Below, piece after piece: positions 1 through 8,792 of a DNA stretch of 27,009 nucleotides. Within the stretch, counting starts at the first letter, position 1; each line of letters starts with the position of its first letter. Origin of the DNA: an uncultured Calditrichaceae bacterium (lineage in GTDB: Bacteria > Calditrichota > Calditrichia > RBG-13-44-9 > J075); the NCBI GenBank assembly GCA_964450485.1, contig CAYVDX010000001.1, positions 1 through 27,009 on the forward strand, given 5' to 3'. The notes beneath the pieces were generated by a model that saw only the letters and a list, made by a program, of their open reading frames with translations, was not told the DNA's origin and ran no database searches. The position numbers were made by a program, and so were the translations under genes.

Positions 1-2
1 AT

Positions 3-338
3 TCCCTGGCGCAGAAACTGCCAAAGCGGTTGATGACCATTGTTGATAAAACGCTGGATGATCAGTTTGCTGAAATTGAGCGATCTTTATCGGAACTCCC
101 GGAAATTTCCAAAAAAGAGGTCTTTCTGATCACCCTGCCGTTGGAAAATTATATTGAGGATATATATTTTCCGGCCAACCGACCGGCCGTTATCTATCCC
201 CGAACCATTTTTTTAATTATATATGAAGAGATCAACAAGAAAAGATCTAAAAAAGAGATTGCTCAATATCTCGTCGATTTACAGCAGAAAAATGAGTTTG
301 AAAAAATTACCGGCCGAAAACCCAGGAAAGATGAATAA
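3..338 (+). CDS. 5'-truncated ORF; C-terminus possibly of a periplasmic substrate-binding (PstS/PBP-like) protein
   Basis: Frame is open from position 3 (SLAQKLPKRLMTIVDK...) to TAA at 336-338, so the track start at 30 is internal. The segment YPRTIFLII...EIAQYLVDLQ loosely recalls PBP C-termini. Product call is weak. Confidence 0.55.
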   Translation, partial: SLAQKLPKRLMTIVDKTLDDQFAEIERSLSELPEISKKEVFLITLPLENYIEDIYFPANRPAVIYPRTIFLIIYEEINKKRSKKEIAQYLVDLQQKNEFEKITGRKPRKDE

Positions 339-346
339 CCTTTGTG

Positions 347-1333
347 ATGAAAAAACGATTCAAAAATATTTTGTTTTTATCCATGGTGGCGGGAATGTTT
401 TGGAATTCCTGCCTTGCGGCGGCGGATATCCGAACGGGACTGGAAGTAGAGTTTCGCACATTTTATTTTCCGGTAAGCCGGCCGCAATTTTCTTTTCAAA
501 TGAGAGAAGCGAAGCTCTTCTTTGACACCTTTATTTCCGATCACGCAAGCGCGTTGATCGAGTTCCGCCTACAGGAAGGCCTGAAAAAGAGCGGTTTGGA
601 TCGAGGTTATTTTGTTTGGTTAATCCCGCGGTATCATTCACAAATAAAGTTTGGGCAAATCAGGATACCCTTTGGCTTTTGGGATCCCTACACCATCACC
701 CGATCTTTAATAAAAGGATTAGCGCTTGGCGAGGATGATTTTTTCAGGGGATTTAAGCTGCGAAAGCTGGATGTCGGATTTGAATTTCAGAGCAATATTA
801 ATAATCTAAATATCATGGTTGGCGTGGTAAACGGAAATTCCATCGACGCCGTTAGGGACGAGAATGATCAAAAAGATTTTTTTGCAAAAGTGGGTTTTCA
901 AATGCCTTATGCATTCTTCCACTTAAGCTCTTACTTTGGCACGGCCTCTCCGCGAGAAGATGTTCCCGCATCCGTTGCGCCGGGTAACAAAACCATCCGT
1001 GCGCTCGGCGGTGATTTTTTATTTTCAAAGGGCAAATTGACCATCAGCGGGGAAATGGCGGATATTAAATATGGCGACGCTCATTCCATTGGCGGCTACG
1101 GACAATTTAGTTACGATTTATTATCCGTTGTTTACGGACTGCGGCTGATCGGAAGAGTGGAATACCTGGATCGGGATAAAAACAGTTCCGGAGATGAGGT
1201 CTGGCAAAATGTGTTTGGCATCAAACAAACATTGGCCCGGGGCACCACGATGCAAATCGAATATCGTTATCACTCCCGCCAATTTACCAATGCGGAAAAT
1301 GGCGTATTGTTAGAGATTGAAGTGGAACTGTGA
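347..1333 (+). CDS. Outer-membrane beta-barrel porin, phosphate-selective porin O/P-like
   Basis: Signal peptide (MKKRFKNILFLSMVAGMFWNSCLAA), alternating amphipathic strands, IKFGQIRIPFG and GVVNG...NDQKDF segments typical of Porin_O_P-like proteins, and a terminal strand VLLEIEVEL. ATG at 347 (GTG at 344 is an alternative). Confidence 0.65.
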   Translation: MKKRFKNILFLSMVAGMFWNSCLAAADIRTGLEVEFRTFYFPVSRPQFSFQMREAKLFFDTFISDHASALIEFRLQEGLKKSGLDRGYFVWLIPRYHSQIKFGQIRIPFGFWDPYTITRSLIKGLALGEDDFFRGFKLRKLDVGFEFQSNINNLNIMVGVVNGNSIDAVRDENDQKDFFAKVGFQMPYAFFHLSSYFGTASPREDVPASVAPGNKTIRALGGDFLFSKGKLTISGEMADIKYGDAHSIGGYGQFSYDLLSVVYGLRLIGRVEYLDRDKNSSGDEVWQNVFGIKQTLARGTTMQIEYRYHSRQFTNAENGVLLEIEVEL

Positions 1334-2955
1334 TGGATCGATCGGCAAAACCATTTTTCTTAAAATTCCTAAATCGTCAATATGTCCCTCTCCGCTGGAA
1401 AATTCTGGCAATTATTCTTCCCATCCTTCTGGTCAGTATCATCATTTTTACCTATATTCAGGCAATTACCATTCGAAAGTCCCTGGTCAATAATACCGAA
1501 CATTTTTTAACAGCCCTTAGCGAACAACTGAGTTTAAACGTGGGGCGGAGTTATGAAATTGATAACTCCCGCAGCCTGTATCAACTTATTTCGGAATATA
1601 TCGATTACGACGATCGGATCGAAAATATCAGAATTGTTAAAAAAAACGGGGAAATAACCGCGGATATTAACCCTGATATTGTTTTTTCAAAAGATGACAA
1701 TCTTTATATTAAACAGGTTTTAAACAGCGGGAAGTCGGTCACTCGAAATTACTCTGAAAACGGAAAAACGATATATGAAAGCATTGTTCCGATTATCCGG
1801 TGGGAAACCACCGAAATTAATGGCGCATTATTATTAAAATACGATGCGACGTCCATTTTTCAAGTACTGAGCAATTTGCAGCGAACGGCGGTTATCGGCA
1901 CCTCGCTTCTTCTTTTAATCGTGGCCGCCGGTCTGGCCGGGTTTTTAGAGCGATATATCGCCCGCCCGGTGGAAGAGCTCAGCGAATTTGTGAATAATTA
2001 TGATTCATCTAAACCGATGGTTAAGCCGCCGGAAATAAAGTCGCGGGACGAAATCCACAGCCTGGCGACGGCTTTTATTCAGTTGATTGAAAACCTGCAC
2101 CGTGTGAATAAAGAGCTGTCAAAGCGGTCAAAAGAAATCGAATTGGCGTATCATCAGCTAAAAAGCACGGAAATGCAGCTCATTCAATCCGAAAAAATGG
2201 CTTCATTAGGGCTTTTGACTGCCGGTGTTGCCCATGAAGTGAATAACCCGATGAATTTTGTTTACGGCAATTTGGGGTTAATTGAAGAGCAGTTATCAGA
2301 TATTCGCCGGCTTTTAAAAGTGTATGAGTCCGCTAAATTGGATCCGGCAAACCGGGAAAAAATCGAAGCGATTAAGCGGGAAATGGGTTTTGAGGAAATG
2401 CTTGCGGATTTGGAAGTGATGCTTGCCGATTGCAAAACCGGGGCCCGGAGAACCGTGGATATTCTGAAAGATTTAAAATCATTTTCCCGGATGGATACGG
2501 GCGAAGTGCAAACCATTGATGTTAACCAGAGCATTGAAGTCGTGGTGAAATTGTTGCTGCCGGAATATAAAGACCGGATTACGATCCAAAAAAACTTTCA
2601 CAATTTGCCGCCGTACAACTGCCATGCGCGGCATATTAACCAGGTGTTTATGAATCTTTTGCTGAATGCCATTCAGGCTGTCGAGGGAGACGGTAAAATC
2701 ACCATCGACACTCACTCCCGGGACAACATTATTTATATTAAAATTTGTGATACGGGCAAAGGCATTCCCAAGGAAATGATTCATAAAATATTCGATCCGT
2801 TTTTTACGACAAAATCAAGCGGCACGGGGTTGGGGTTGAGCATTAGTTTAAAAATCATCCATGAACATAGCGGTCACATTTTTTTTAAAACCAACGAGGG
2901 TAAGGGAACTTGCGTGCATTTACAACTTCCGATCGACGGAGTCAAAATATCATGA
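1330..2955 (+). CDS. Membrane sensor histidine kinase (2 TM, periplasmic sensor, HAMP, HisKA, HATPase_c)
   Basis: TM1 ILAIILPILLVSIIIF, TM2 AVIGTSLLLLIVAAGL, HAMP (RPVEELS...RDEIHSLA), H-box AHEVNNPMNF, N-box NLLLNAIQA, G1 DTGKGI, F-box FDPFFTTK, G2 GTGLGL. Start overlaps the porin stop (GTGATG; ATG 1333 also possible). Confidence 0.95.
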   Translation: MMDRSAKPFFLKFLNRQYVPLRWKILAIILPILLVSIIIFTYIQAITIRKSLVNNTEHFLTALSEQLSLNVGRSYEIDNSRSLYQLISEYIDYDDRIENIRIVKKNGEITADINPDIVFSKDDNLYIKQVLNSGKSVTRNYSENGKTIYESIVPIIRWETTEINGALLLKYDATSIFQVLSNLQRTAVIGTSLLLLIVAAGLAGFLERYIARPVEELSEFVNNYDSSKPMVKPPEIKSRDEIHSLATAFIQLIENLHRVNKELSKRSKEIELAYHQLKSTEMQLIQSEKMASLGLLTAGVAHEVNNPMNFVYGNLGLIEEQLSDIRRLLKVYESAKLDPANREKIEAIKREMGFEEMLADLEVMLADCKTGARRTVDILKDLKSFSRMDTGEVQTIDVNQSIEVVVKLLLPEYKDRITIQKNFHNLPPYNCHARHINQVFMNLLLNAIQAVEGDGKITIDTHSRDNIIYIKICDTGKGIPKEMIHKIFDPFFTTKSSGTGLGLSISLKIIHEHSGHIFFKTNEGKGTCVHLQLPIDGVKIS

Positions 2956-4475
2956 AAGATGAATTCACAATTTTGTATGTGGACGACGAGGCGGCAAATT
3001 TAAATTTGTTTTATAATTCATTCAAAAAACAATATCGCATCATCCGAACGCGGGAGCCGCTTGAAGCATTAAAAATTTGCGGCAGCGAACCGGTGGATTT
3101 AATTTTATCCGACCAGCGAATGCCGGGCATGAAAGGCACCGAACTGTTGAGCAAATTAGCCCGGGAATATCCGAAAATGGTTCGGATTTTAATGACCGGC
3201 TATGCGGATGTGAATGCGGCGATTGACGCAATTAATCGCGGAAAAGTGCATCGATATGTCTCCAAACCCTGGGAAAAAGAAGAATTAGCCGAGGTGCTCA
3301 AACAGGAATTGCAGCTTTACCGGCTGCACGTCGAAAACGAACGATTGTTAATTGAAGTTGAGGAGAACGCCCGGGTTCTGGCGGAAAAAAATCACTTGAT
3401 GGAGATTGCGAACCGGCAGCTTAAAAAAGTGAATCGTGATTTGGAAAAAAAGAACCGGGAATACAAAAAATTATACCGTGATTTGCAGCAACAATTGGAA
3501 GAAAACAAAAACCTGCGAGAAGCCGTTGAGGATCAATATTCATTACAGGGGATTATCGGCAAAAGTCCCCAAATGCAGCATGTCTTTCAAATGATCAGGG
3601 ATGTGTCCGCTTCGGATGCAACCGTCTTGATTTTAGGGGAAAGCGGGACGGGAAAAGAGTTGGTTGCCAGTGCCATTCACAAAAACAGCTCGCGGAATGA
3701 AAATCCGTTCATCGCGATCAACTGCGCGGCGTTGCCGGAAAGCCTGCTGGAAAGCGAATTGTTCGGTCACGAAAAAGGGGCTTTTACGGGCGCGCATCAA
3801 TTAAAGCGCGGCAAGTTTGAGCAGGCCCAAAAAGGGACCATTTTTTTGGATGAAATCGGCGATATCAGCCCGGCGGCACAGGTGCGCTTGCTGCGGATTT
3901 TGCAGGAGAAAAATTTCCAGCGGGTGGGCGGAGAGAAAATTATTCAGGCGGATGTGCGGATTATTTCGGCGACGAACCGCGATTTGCAAGCATTGGTCAC
4001 GGAAGGTAAATTTCGCGAAGACCTTTTTTATCGTTTAAACGTGATCTCGATTGAAATCCCGCCGCTGCACGAGCGGGTGGAAGATATTCCGCTGCTGATT
4101 TACAGCTTTTTGAATCGATACGCCGCGGTAGCCGGGAAAAAAATTCAGGGATTTACCCCGGAAGCCATGCAAATTTTACTGGATTATCACTGGCCCGGCA
4201 ATGTGCGGGAGTTGCAAAATGTCGTGGAAAGAGCCGTGGTGCTGTGCAAGGCAAAAGTGATTACCTCGGAACTGTTCCCGCTGGAACTGCAACAGCTCCG
4301 GGATTCGTCGAATGCGCCACATAAAACGCTATACGAAGCCGAAAAAGAGTTGATTTTAAAGACCTTGGAAGTCACCCATTGGAACAAACACAAAGCCGCG
4401 GAAATGTTGGATATTACCCGGAGCAGTCTTTACAGTAAAATTCAGAAATACGATTTAAAGCAGCCGGAAGATTGA
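2952..4475 (+). CDS. Sigma-54-dependent response regulator, NtrC family (REC, long coiled coil, AAA+, Fis-type HTH)
   Basis: REC with YVDDE, phospho-acceptor in LSDQRMPG and KPW; Walker A GESGTGKE, intact GAFTGA, Walker B FLDEIG, WPGNVREL, HTH NKHKAAEMLDITRSSLYSK. ATG 2952 overlaps the kinase stop (ATGA), which is preferred over the track start 2910. Confidence 0.96.
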   Translation: MKDEFTILYVDDEAANLNLFYNSFKKQYRIIRTREPLEALKICGSEPVDLILSDQRMPGMKGTELLSKLAREYPKMVRILMTGYADVNAAIDAINRGKVHRYVSKPWEKEELAEVLKQELQLYRLHVENERLLIEVEENARVLAEKNHLMEIANRQLKKVNRDLEKKNREYKKLYRDLQQQLEENKNLREAVEDQYSLQGIIGKSPQMQHVFQMIRDVSASDATVLILGESGTGKELVASAIHKNSSRNENPFIAINCAALPESLLESELFGHEKGAFTGAHQLKRGKFEQAQKGTIFLDEIGDISPAAQVRLLRILQEKNFQRVGGEKIIQADVRIISATNRDLQALVTEGKFREDLFYRLNVISIEIPPLHERVEDIPLLIYSFLNRYAAVAGKKIQGFTPEAMQILLDYHWPGNVRELQNVVERAVVLCKAKVITSELFPLELQQLRDSSNAPHKTLYEAEKELILKTLEVTHWNKHKAAEMLDITRSSLYSKIQKYDLKQPED

Positions 4476-4761
4476 TCCTGCCTAACTTGCCTTTCTAAAG
4501 ATTTTAACCGCTACCCCCAAAATAATTTGACGTAAATTCATTGCTTTGTACGCGCTTCGTCGCTTTACATCGCTGTGGGCCGAAATACGTACGTAATTGC
4601 AATGTCTTGTTATTAAAGCACTTACCACTCTTGCGCCTGCCTGTTCTTGCGGAAATGAGGCCGGGTTTTGTACATAAATGAAAATCTTCCCGGATAAAAC
4701 GACAATATTGGTGCTGACAAGGCGTTTTTTTGTATTTTGATACCCGCCATAATTTATTTAT

Positions 4762-4774
4762 TAACAATTATTTA
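4762..4774 (+). promoter_or_regulatory. Candidate IHF site
   Basis: TAACAATTATTTA has one mismatch to WATCAANNNNTTR and lies just upstream of the sigma-54 -24 element, the usual IHF position. The context is AT-rich, so a chance match is possible. Confidence 0.35.
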
Positions 4775-4804
4775 AGTGTGTAGATTTTGGTGCCGGTTTA
4801 TTGT

Positions 4805-4820
4805 TGGCACCATTTTCGCA
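4805..4820 (+). promoter_or_regulatory. Sigma-54 (-24/-12) promoter
   Basis: TGGCACCATTTTCGCA: GG at 4806-4807, N10, GC at 4818-4819, matching TGGCAC-N5-TTGCW with one mismatch. It is about 90 bp upstream of the GT operon and next to a GAFTGA activator gene. Confidence 0.75.
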
Positions 4821-4907
4821 ATAGTGCATGCCGACATTAAAAAATGAAATACCGAATAAAATCACCGTCGTCCCAAATTTATTTGTTGATAAAGAAGGAA
4901 GGTTGTT

Positions 4908-6167
4908 GTGGTCATTCAAATTCTCCCATTCGTAAAGCCGGCCGTTCGTAAACGCCGCATTGTTCTCTATTCGCACGATACCATGGGCCTGGGTCACATG
5001 CGCAGAAATATATCGATTGCCAGGGCGCTGGCCGCGGAACCCACCCAGGCAGATGTTTTGTTGATTGCCGGGGCAAAACAAGTGAGCAGTTTTAAACTGC
5101 CGCAAGGCGTGGATTGTTTAACGCTTCCGGCGTTTTATAAAGACACGAATGGACAGTATCAGTCCAGATGTTTAGACCTTTCCCTGGAAGACTTGGTGCA
5201 GTTTCGGGGGCGTACCATTCGCGCGGCGGTCAAGGCATTTGATCCGGATGTGATGATTGTTGACAAAACGCCCATCGGTGTTTCCGGAGAGCTGGAACCC
5301 ATCCTGAAGGAATTGCGGATGTATCATCACACTCGCTGCGTGCTCGGCTTGCGCGATATTCTGGATGATAAACAGCAGGTTCAGCGGGAATGGTATCGTT
5401 CCAATTATGATGAGATTATCAATGCTTATTATGACGAGGTATGGATTTACGGTCACCCGGCGATTTATAACATGGTTCGCGAATACGGATTTTCGGATGA
5501 AATCAAAAAGAAAGTGCGCTTCACCGGTTACCTGAACCGCTGCGAATCATCGGAGAATCCGACGAAAGATGATGATCCGTTTGTGAAGTATGGTTTGCCA
5601 AAAGGGCGGTTGGCCTTGTGCATGGTTGGCGGCGGTCAGGACGGCGGGTGCATTACCGAGGCGTTTGCCAGGGCAAAATTGCCCGAAGGATTTGTGGGTC
5701 TCATCGTGACCGGCCCGTTTATGCCGGAAAAGTTTCGTTCCCGCTTGCGGCGTTTGATAAAAGATCGTCCTGAAATGCAGATGACCGGTTTCGTCAAAGA
5801 TCCCCAATCCTTGCTAAAATACGCCGACAGGATTGTCTCAATGGGCGGGTATAATACCGTTTGCGAAATCCTGTCCTTTAATAAAAAAGCGTTGATTATC
5901 CCCCGGGTCATCCCGCGCAGGGAACAATTAATCCGCGCGGAACGCATGAGCAACGCCGGTTTTTTAGATGTGCTGCATCCCGACGGTGTGACGCCGGGGG
6001 CAATCACCGCGTGGCTGCAAACAGCGGAAAAACCGAAATCGTTTCGCAATCGCATTGATTTAAACGGTCTGATCCGCATTCAAAAATATTTACGCGAACT
6101 TCTCATGGTAAGAAAACAACCCCTCGCCAATTTTCAGCAAACGGAGGTAATTTCTAATGTCCAATAG
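4908..6167 (+). CDS. GT-B glycosyltransferase, COG4671 / GT28 C-terminal-like
   Basis: YSHDTMGLGHMRRN, GGGQDG, MGGYNT and PRVIPRREQLIRA motifs; GTG start after AAGGAAGG. Confidence 0.88.
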   Translation: MVIQILPFVKPAVRKRRIVLYSHDTMGLGHMRRNISIARALAAEPTQADVLLIAGAKQVSSFKLPQGVDCLTLPAFYKDTNGQYQSRCLDLSLEDLVQFRGRTIRAAVKAFDPDVMIVDKTPIGVSGELEPILKELRMYHHTRCVLGLRDILDDKQQVQREWYRSNYDEIINAYYDEVWIYGHPAIYNMVREYGFSDEIKKKVRFTGYLNRCESSENPTKDDDPFVKYGLPKGRLALCMVGGGQDGGCITEAFARAKLPEGFVGLIVTGPFMPEKFRSRLRRLIKDRPEMQMTGFVKDPQSLLKYADRIVSMGGYNTVCEILSFNKKALIIPRVIPRREQLIRAERMSNAGFLDVLHPDGVTPGAITAWLQTAEKPKSFRNRIDLNGLIRIQKYLRELLMVRKQPLANFQQTEVISNVQ

Positions 6168-7401
6168 CAAACCCCTTAAAGTCGGATATGTGTTGAAGCG
6201 TTATCCACGCTACTCGGAAACGTTTATTTTGAATGAAATTTTGGCCCATGAGGCGGAAGGTTTAAATATCGAAATATTCTCGCTTTACGCGCCCAAGGAT
6301 ACCCATTTTCAGAACGCGATTTCATCCGTCAAAGCGCCGGTGAATTACCTGTTCGGCTCCCGCTTCGGCGATTTTTGGACGGAGCTGCAAAACGCGACGC
6401 AACAGTTGCCGGGCATTTGGAACGCCCTTGAAGCAGCGCGAGGGGAAGAACGGGAGATTGTTTATAAAGCGATTTTATTAGCGCAGCAAGTCAGACAAAA
6501 AGGCATCACCCATCTTCACGCCCACTTCGGCACAAGCGCGGCGGCGGCAGCGCGTTTAGCCGCGCTGTTTACCGGCGTGCCCTACACATTTACGGCGCAT
6601 GCCAAGGATATTTTTCACGAAAGCGTTGTTCCCGAATTGCTTCAGCGCAAGCTCAGTGACGCCGCCGGCGTGGTGACGGTCAGCGAATATAATGTCGAAT
6701 ATTTGAGTTCCCGTTACGATATGAGCGGCGTTCAATTAAAACGAATTTACAATGGTCTTGACCTGGCGCAATTTCCGTATCAATCCCCGCAAAGCCGCCC
6801 GCTGCGCATCGTGTTTGTGGGGCGGCTGGTTGAAAAGAAAGGCGTCGCGCACCTGATCGACGCCTGCTCGGTGCTGGCAACCCGCAAGCTTCCCTTTGAA
6901 TGCCTGATTATCGGTTCCGGCGAACTTGAGGAGCAACTCCGGGCGCAGGTTGAGCGCCTGGGATTGCAAACAACCGTGAAAATGATCGGGCCGCGTCCAC
7001 AGCGGGAAATCATAAAACTGGTTCAGGAAGCAGCGGTGTTTGCCGCGCCCTGCGTGGTCGGGGCAGACGGCAATCGCGATGGATTGCCGACGGTATTGCT
7101 GGAAGCCATGGCATTGGGAACGCCGTGCGTTTCGACCAGCGTGACCGGCATCCCGGAAGTGATTCAACACGAAAAAACCGGGTTGATCGTGCCGCAGCAT
7201 GACGCTTTTGCGCTTGCCGCCGCGTTGCAGCGATTACTGGAAAATCCCGCGCTGCGCGTAAAATTAGCCGGGCAGGCCCGAAAAATCATTGAAAATGAGT
7301 TTGATATTCATCGAAACGCCGGGCGTATCCGTCAATTTTTTGCGGAAATCGCCGACCCAAAAGACGCGATCGACATCCGCCCGCTGCGGGAGGTCGTATA
7401 A
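6157..7401 (+). CDS. Glycosyltransferase family 4 (WcaL-like)
   Basis: KRYPRYSETFILNE, HLHAHF, FVGRLVEKKG and RDGLPTVLLEAMALG (E-X7-E-type region) motifs; overlaps the upstream gene by 11 nt. Confidence 0.93.
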   Translation: MSNSKPLKVGYVLKRYPRYSETFILNEILAHEAEGLNIEIFSLYAPKDTHFQNAISSVKAPVNYLFGSRFGDFWTELQNATQQLPGIWNALEAARGEEREIVYKAILLAQQVRQKGITHLHAHFGTSAAAAARLAALFTGVPYTFTAHAKDIFHESVVPELLQRKLSDAAGVVTVSEYNVEYLSSRYDMSGVQLKRIYNGLDLAQFPYQSPQSRPLRIVFVGRLVEKKGVAHLIDACSVLATRKLPFECLIIGSGELEEQLRAQVERLGLQTTVKMIGPRPQREIIKLVQEAAVFAAPCVVGADGNRDGLPTVLLEAMALGTPCVSTSVTGIPEVIQHEKTGLIVPQHDAFALAAALQRLLENPALRVKLAGQARKIIENEFDIHRNAGRIRQFFAEIADPKDAIDIRPLREVV

Positions 7402-8573
7402 TGCGAATCGCCTATATCAGCGCCGATAACGGCGTGCCGGTTTTCGGCGCCAAAGGATGCTCGATCCATGCGCAGGAAGTGATCCGCGCGATGCTTGGCA
7501 GGGGCGCGCAGGTTGATTTATTTACCCCGCGTCCGGGCGGACAGCCGCCCCGGGATTTGGCGTCCGTCCGCATTCATTCGCTGCCGTATTTTCCCTCGGA
7601 AAACCCGGCGGCGCGCGAGCAAAAGGCATTAGCGGTGAACCATATTTTGCGGAATGAACTCGAAGCCGCCGGCGAGTTTGACCTGGTTTACGAACGATAC
7701 TCGCTGTGGTGTTTTGCCGGAATGAAATACGCTCGTTTAAAAGGCATTCCCGGCGTGCTGGAAGTGAATGCGCCGTTAATCGACGAGCAGGCAAAATATC
7801 GCGTGTTGATCGATCGCCGGGGCGCGGAGCAAGTCGCCAAAAGAACATTTAACGCCGCGTCAACCCTGGTTGCCGTTTCCAAAGGCGTCGCGAAATATTT
7901 GCGGCGATATGCGAACGATTCCCGGCGGATTCACGTTGTGCCGAACGGCGTTAATCCGCGGCGTTTTTCCCAAAACAGCCACTTCGGCGCGCCGGCTTCA
8001 ACGGGGAGTTTTACCATTGGCTTTGTCGGTTCGTTAAAACCCTGGCACGGGCTTATGCACCTAATCGAAGCATTCTCGATACTCAATCAGCGTGCCGGAA
8101 ATTGGCGCTTGCTCATCGTCGGAGATGGGCCGGAACGTCAGCATTTGGAAGAAAATCTTGAGGCGCGGGGATTGCGACATTTGGTAACATTCAGCGGCGC
8201 GGTGAATCCCGATCAAGTGCCTCGGCTGTTGGCGTCGATGGATGTAGCGGTTGCGCCCTATCCGGATCGAAAGGATTTCTATTTTTCGCCGCTGAAAGTT
8301 TATGAATACATGGCTGCCGGATTGCCGGTTGTGGCCAGCGAGGTTGGTCAGTTAAAAGAGATGATACACCACGGCAAAAACGGCCTGCTTTATACCCCGG
8401 GCGATCACGAAATGCTTGCCGCGATGATAGACCGGCTTTACCGCGATTCCCTTTTGCACACACAAATCGGGCGCGCCGGTTATCAAATGGTCATGGCGGA
8501 TTATACCTGGGATACGCTCCTTGAGCGCATCTTAGGGTTCGCCGGCGTCATGCCCTTATCAAAAGTGGGATAA
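7401..8573 (+). CDS. Glycosyltransferase family 4
   Basis: VYERYSL, EVNAPL, FVGSLKPWHG and FYFSPLKVYEYMAAG motifs; TAATG translational coupling at 7399-7403. Confidence 0.93.
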   Translation: MRIAYISADNGVPVFGAKGCSIHAQEVIRAMLGRGAQVDLFTPRPGGQPPRDLASVRIHSLPYFPSENPAAREQKALAVNHILRNELEAAGEFDLVYERYSLWCFAGMKYARLKGIPGVLEVNAPLIDEQAKYRVLIDRRGAEQVAKRTFNAASTLVAVSKGVAKYLRRYANDSRRIHVVPNGVNPRRFSQNSHFGAPASTGSFTIGFVGSLKPWHGLMHLIEAFSILNQRAGNWRLLIVGDGPERQHLEENLEARGLRHLVTFSGAVNPDQVPRLLASMDVAVAPYPDRKDFYFSPLKVYEYMAAGLPVVASEVGQLKEMIHHGKNGLLYTPGDHEMLAAMIDRLYRDSLLHTQIGRAGYQMVMADYTWDTLLERILGFAGVMPLSKVG

Positions 8574-8579
8574 CGTATA

Positions 8580-8607
8580 GCAGGCAACGGTCGCGACCGT
8601 TCCCTGC
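8580..8607. repeat. 28-bp REP-like palindrome
   Basis: GCAGGCAACGGTCG|CGACCGTTCCCTGC is palindromic with one mismatch, 6 bp after the GT4 stop. It resembles GTAG-type REPs (GTAGGGAACGGTCGCGACCGTTCCCTAC, from memory). Confidence 0.7.
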
Positions 8608-8639
8608 CGTCGTAACTTGACAATGTTCAATTTCAAAGG

Positions 8640-8740
8640 ATTTCGACAGGATCAACAGGATATACATGATATTTCAAAAGAATGATCAACAAATCTTTAA
8701 ATAATAATCCTGTTTAATCCTGTAAATCCTGTCAAAAAAT
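8640..8740. repeat. Inverted-repeat element whose arms are ACAGGAT x3 tandem repeats
   Basis: Left arm ACAGGAT 8646-8652, ACAGGAT 8655-8661, ACATGAT 8664-8670; right arm ATCCTGT 8707-8713, 8717-8723, 8726-8732; AT-rich spacer. Confidence 0.85.
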
Positions 8741-8792
8741 CTAATTTAACATTGTCGAGGTCATTAAAGTTTGAAAAAAATGGAGTTTCAGA

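Noticed and set aside
2910-2951. Track start of the response regulator
   Set aside because: Overlaps the kinase C-terminus; ATG 2952 gives ATGA coupling and a normal REC N-terminus.
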